NCBI GenBank assembly: GCA_963781885.1
Contig: CAWAHW010000005.1
Coordinates: forward strand, 64,001-128,000
Length of the DNA: 64,000 bases
Reading direction: 5' to 3'
From: an uncultured Spirochaetota bacterium
GTDB lineage: Bacteria; Spirochaetota; Spirochaetia; SZUA-6; Fen-1364
This document shows, piece by piece, positions 60,731 to 64,000 of the stretch (positions within the stretch are counted from its first letter, which is position 1; every line of letters starts with the position of its first letter). The notes below the pieces were generated by a model. The model searched no databases, had not been told where the DNA came from, and saw nothing but the letters and a program-made list of their open reading frames with translations. The position numbers and the translations under genes are program-made.

Positions 60731-61485
60731 GCGCCTCCCCGGATTCGCGCTCCCCGGCGGTACGGACGCCAACATCGGGTGACATCATGCTCGATCCCGC
60801 GAAGCTTCCCCGGCACGTGGGAATCATCATGGACGGCAACGGACGCTGGGCGACCGCCCGGGGAAAGCCCCGCGCCGAAGGTCACCTGGAGGGCGTGAAG
60901 GCCGCCAAGAGGATCGTGGCGGCCGCCGTGGAAGCGGGGCTTCCCATCCTCAGTCTCTACACGTTCTCCACGGAGAACTGGACCCGGGCGGAGGAAGAGG
61001 TTTCCTACCTCATGTTCCTCGTGCGCTCCTATTTGCGGAAGGAATACGACTTTTACCGGCGCAACGGCGTTCGCATCGTGCACTCCGGCGACCTGGAGCG
61101 TCTTCCGCGCGACATCGCGCAGGAGATCCAGGAGGTGACGCACGACACCTCCCGATTCACGGGTCTCACCGTCAATCTTTCCATCAATTACGGGGGGCGG
61201 GACGAGATCCTGCGCGCGTTCCGTCGGATGCTCGCCGCGGGCAGCGCAGGAGAGCTCAGCGAGGAGTCTTTTCATCGATACCTGGATCGACCCGAGCTGC
61301 CGGATCCGGACCTCATCATTCGCTCGGCGAACGAGAGGCGCCTGTCCAACTTCCTGATCTGGGAAGCAGCTTACGCGGAGCTGTATTTCAGCCCGAAGCT
61401 GTGGCCGGATTGGGACAGGGAGGACCTGTTCGGTGCGCTTGCCGACTACGCGCAGCGCTCACGCAAATTCGGGGGCACGACGTGA
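60727..61485 (+). CDS. uppS: Undecaprenyl diphosphate synthase (start may be ATG 60787)
   Basis: HVGIIMDGNGRWA, FSTENWTR, NYGGRDEI, DPDLIIRS, RLSNFL. Confidence 0.96.
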   Translation: MSASPDSRSPAVRTPTSGDIMLDPAKLPRHVGIIMDGNGRWATARGKPRAEGHLEGVKAAKRIVAAAVEAGLPILSLYTFSTENWTRAEEEVSYLMFLVRSYLRKEYDFYRRNGVRIVHSGDLERLPRDIAQEIQEVTHDTSRFTGLTVNLSINYGGRDEILRAFRRMLAAGSAGELSEESFHRYLDRPELPDPDLIIRSANERRLSNFLIWEAAYAELYFSPKLWPDWDREDLFGALADYAQRSRKFGGTT

Positions 61486-62334
61486 ACTGGAGAGGTTTTT
61501 TTTCCCGCATTCTCCTCGTGTGCGTCTCCTTCCCCCTTCTCGGGGCCGCGATCCTCCTGCTGCCGCAGCTCCATCACCTTGCATTCAACGCGATCGTGAC
61601 GGCAGCCTCCGTGCTCGGCGCCCTGGAGACCGCGGCGCTGTTCCGCGCGCACAAGATGCCCGGCGCCGGCGCGCTCGCGCCGGCCCTCGCGGCGAGCATT
61701 CCGGCCGGAGCGTACCTGGAAATCTCCGGGTTGCTCGCGCCGGGATGGCTGGGCATATGGATTCCGACCGCCATCTGCATCCTGCTCGTCCGCTCGGTCT
61801 TTTTCCGCGGGAACGCGCACGCTGCGGACGGTGCTGTCCTTCGCCTCCTCGTCGCTTTTCATCTTCATCTATCCCGGGCTTTTCCTGTCGTGGATCGTCC
61901 GCATGTCGAGCCTTCCCGATGCGTCGCTTTCCATCCTTTATTTCCTCTGTCTCATTTTTGGCAATGACATGTCCGCTTATTTTGCCGGCAGCCTCTGGGG
62001 AAGCTCGACACGCCTGAATCTGGAGGTGAGCCCTCAGAAGAGCGTCGTCGGTTTTGCGGCCGGCCTGGTGGGCTCCCTGATCATCGTCGGACTCTTCTAT
62101 CTCTTCGCCCCCGGTTTCCCACCGCACGGACCGGCGTTCAACATTACGCTCGGACTCTGCACCGGCGTCATGGCGATACTCGGCGATCTCCTGGAGAGCG
62201 GCCTCAAGAGGTCCGCCGGGGTGAAGGATTCCGGCGGCGTCATCCCCGGTCGGGGCGGCATGCTCGACTCGGTGGACTCCATGCTATTCAGCGCGCCGCT
62301 GTTCTATTATTTTTTTGTATTGATCGCCCGGTAG
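61482..62334 (+). CDS. cdsA: Phosphatidate cytidylyltransferase (apparent frameshift near 61815)
   Basis: NDMSAYFAG, VSPQKS, GDLLESGLKRSAGVKDSG..IPGRGG.LD. Confidence 0.94.
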
Positions 62335-62363
62335 GCGGCGCAGTCCGTGAAGGGATGTGAACA

Positions 62364-63752
62364 ATGATTCTGACGGTTCTCCTGGGCCTTATCGGTGTCG
62401 GCGTGATGGTTTTCGTCCACGAGCTGGGCCATTTCGTCGCGGCGAAGATGAACGGCGTGGTCGTGGAAGTCTTTTCGTTCGGCTGGGGTCCGAAGCTCGT
62501 CGGCTTCTCCTACAAAGGCACGATGTACCAGATCTCCTGGTTTCCCATCGGCGGCTACTGCAAGATGAGCGGGGAGCTCGTGCCCGGCATCGCCGGCGGC
62601 GGACCCGACGCGGCGACGGAGATTGCCAAGGTGCCGGCGCCCGGATCGTTCCTTGGCGCCGCCCCGTGGCGGCGCATCGTCATCAGCGCCTTCGGCCCGC
62701 TCTTCAACCTCGTTTTCGCGCTTCTTGTTTTCGCGATGATCTGGGGCATCGGTTTCTCCGTCTATTCCCCCGACAACCGGGTGATCCTCGCCACGGACTA
62801 CACCCTGGACAAGTTCGCGCAGACCCCGCCCGCGGTCGTCGCCGGCTTGAAGACGGGTGATAGGATCGTCGCGATCGACGGGGCGCCCGTGGAGAAGTTC
62901 CAGGACATCCTGGAAGCTGTTTCCATCGCCCCGGGCAAGACCCTCGCCCTGAAGGTGCAGCGCAGCGTTGACGGCGCGGCCCAGACCCTGGCGCTTTCCA
63001 TCGTGCCGCAGCTCGACAAGGACTCAGGAGCCGCGCGCATCGGAATTTACGCGTGGACCGATCCGCTTGTGTCGACCGTCGCGCCGGGCAGCGCGGCGGC
63101 CCTTGCCGGCCTCCGCAAGGGAGATCGGCTTGCCACAGTGGACGGCAGCCCCATCCGCAATACGATGGACATCTACCAGGCGCTGGCCGCCAAGCCGGCA
63201 AAGGTGACCGTTGGCTACGAGCGCGCGGGCGTCGCCGACACTGCGTCCCTCGTCTTTGTGTACGACGACAAGGGCAGCCCCAATCTCGGGCTCGGCTTCG
63301 ACACGTTCGTCTACCGTTCGCCGCGGCTCAGCTTCCCCGGCGCCATCGCGAAAAGCGCGGAAGAGACCTGGAGCACGGTGACGCTGACGGTGAAAGGCAT
63401 CGGGCTCCTCTTTCAGGGCATCAAGCTGCGAAACGCGGTGGCAGGGCCGCTGCGGATCGGCTACTACATCGGGGAGGCCGCGACGAGCGGATTCGCGATG
63501 GGTGTCGGCGCCGGGCTCGTGTCGTTCTTTCGTCTCCTCGCGTTTCTCAGCGTCGTTCTCTTCCTCATGAACCTGCTGCCCATCCCCGCGATGGACGGGG
63601 GACAGATCGTGCTCTTCGTCGTGGAGATCGCGCGGAGGAGACCGGTGCGATCCAACCTGATCTGGAGGATGCAGATCATCGGCTTCTCCGTCCTGATCCT
63701 GCTCTTCCTCTCGGTCACCTTCAGCGACATACTCTTCTTCGCCGGACGCTGA
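62364..63752 (+). CDS. rseP: RIP metalloprotease RseP
   Basis: HELGH, two PDZ domains, NLLPIPAMDGG. Confidence 0.95.
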   Translation: MILTVLLGLIGVGVMVFVHELGHFVAAKMNGVVVEVFSFGWGPKLVGFSYKGTMYQISWFPIGGYCKMSGELVPGIAGGGPDAATEIAKVPAPGSFLGAAPWRRIVISAFGPLFNLVFALLVFAMIWGIGFSVYSPDNRVILATDYTLDKFAQTPPAVVAGLKTGDRIVAIDGAPVEKFQDILEAVSIAPGKTLALKVQRSVDGAAQTLALSIVPQLDKDSGAARIGIYAWTDPLVSTVAPGSAAALAGLRKGDRLATVDGSPIRNTMDIYQALAAKPAKVTVGYERAGVADTASLVFVYDDKGSPNLGLGFDTFVYRSPRLSFPGAIAKSAEETWSTVTLTVKGIGLLFQGIKLRNAVAGPLRIGYYIGEAATSGFAMGVGAGLVSFFRLLAFLSVVLFLMNLLPIPAMDGGQIVLFVVEIARRRPVRSNLIWRMQIIGFSVLILLFLSVTFSDILFFAGR

Positions 63753-63755
63753 AGA

Positions 63756-64000
63756 ATGACCGTGGTCACCCATCGCATCGCCTGCTTCTGCGAAACGACG
63801 TTCGACGCGGAGATTCCCTCCACGGCCGACCTGTCGCGCGACCCTGAGGTCGGCGAGCTCATCCTCGATGGAAGCTTCATGTCGGCGCGCTGTCCGGCCT
63901 GCGGGAAGCTCTTGAGCCCCGAGTTCCCCTTTCGCCTCACGGGCGTCGCGACGGTCGGCGACGTCTTTCTCATCCCCGAGACGGACCGGGCAGCCTACGG
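63756..64000 (+). CDS. CpXC-domain protein (partial)
   Basis: IACFCETTF...ILDGSFMSARCPACGK; open to the window end. Confidence 0.8.
   Translation, partial: MTVVTHRIACFCETTFDAEIPSTADLSRDPEVGELILDGSFMSARCPACGKLLSPEFPFRLTGVATVGDVFLIPETDRAAY

Noticed and set aside
2256-62334. Pseudogenes or programmed frameshifting in flhA, argS, rpsB, cdsA and others
   Set aside because: Single indels with no other decay, no shared slippery sequence, and essential genes affected; sequencing error is more likely

Overview
GC-rich chromosomal segment from a member of Spirochaetota (inferred from gene content and order: Jag_N-FapA after fliA, spirochete-type EF-G paralogs, rpsB-tsf-frr-uppS-cdsA-rseP without pyrH/dxr). 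From left to right it holds: the end of a flagellar export operon (fliP-fliQ-fliR-flhB-flhA-flhF-flhG-orf-fliA-fapA) continuing into a stand-alone Hsp70 substrate-binding-domain gene, a HEAT-repeat gene and cheW-cheA-cheY; a convergent PBP-Maf glycosyltransferase operon; two LysM-M23 peptidases plus a bactofilin-like membrane protein; secA; nnr; two tandem non-canonical EF-Gs; argS/ileS; hisH/hisF; a cysteine desulfurase-thiI pair; a Thermococcales-type hypA/ATPase-hypB pair; an atypical integron integrase with a lower-GC cargo region ending at tRNA-Arg(CCG); and the rpsB operon. About 15 single-base frameshifts, several in essential genes, point to long-read errors rather than pseudogenes. 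The most interesting unannotated signals are (1) a near-consensus sigma28 promoter followed about 70 nt later by a strong intrinsic terminator between cheY and maf, a candidate FliA-dependent small RNA; (2) a small AATGCCGCC/GGCGGCATT repeat family inserted in frame into several motility genes; (3) the Hsp70-SBD + HEAT + Che module; (4) an integron-type integrase with a decayed I2 motif and no intact attC sites. All calls are by eye; no searches were run.
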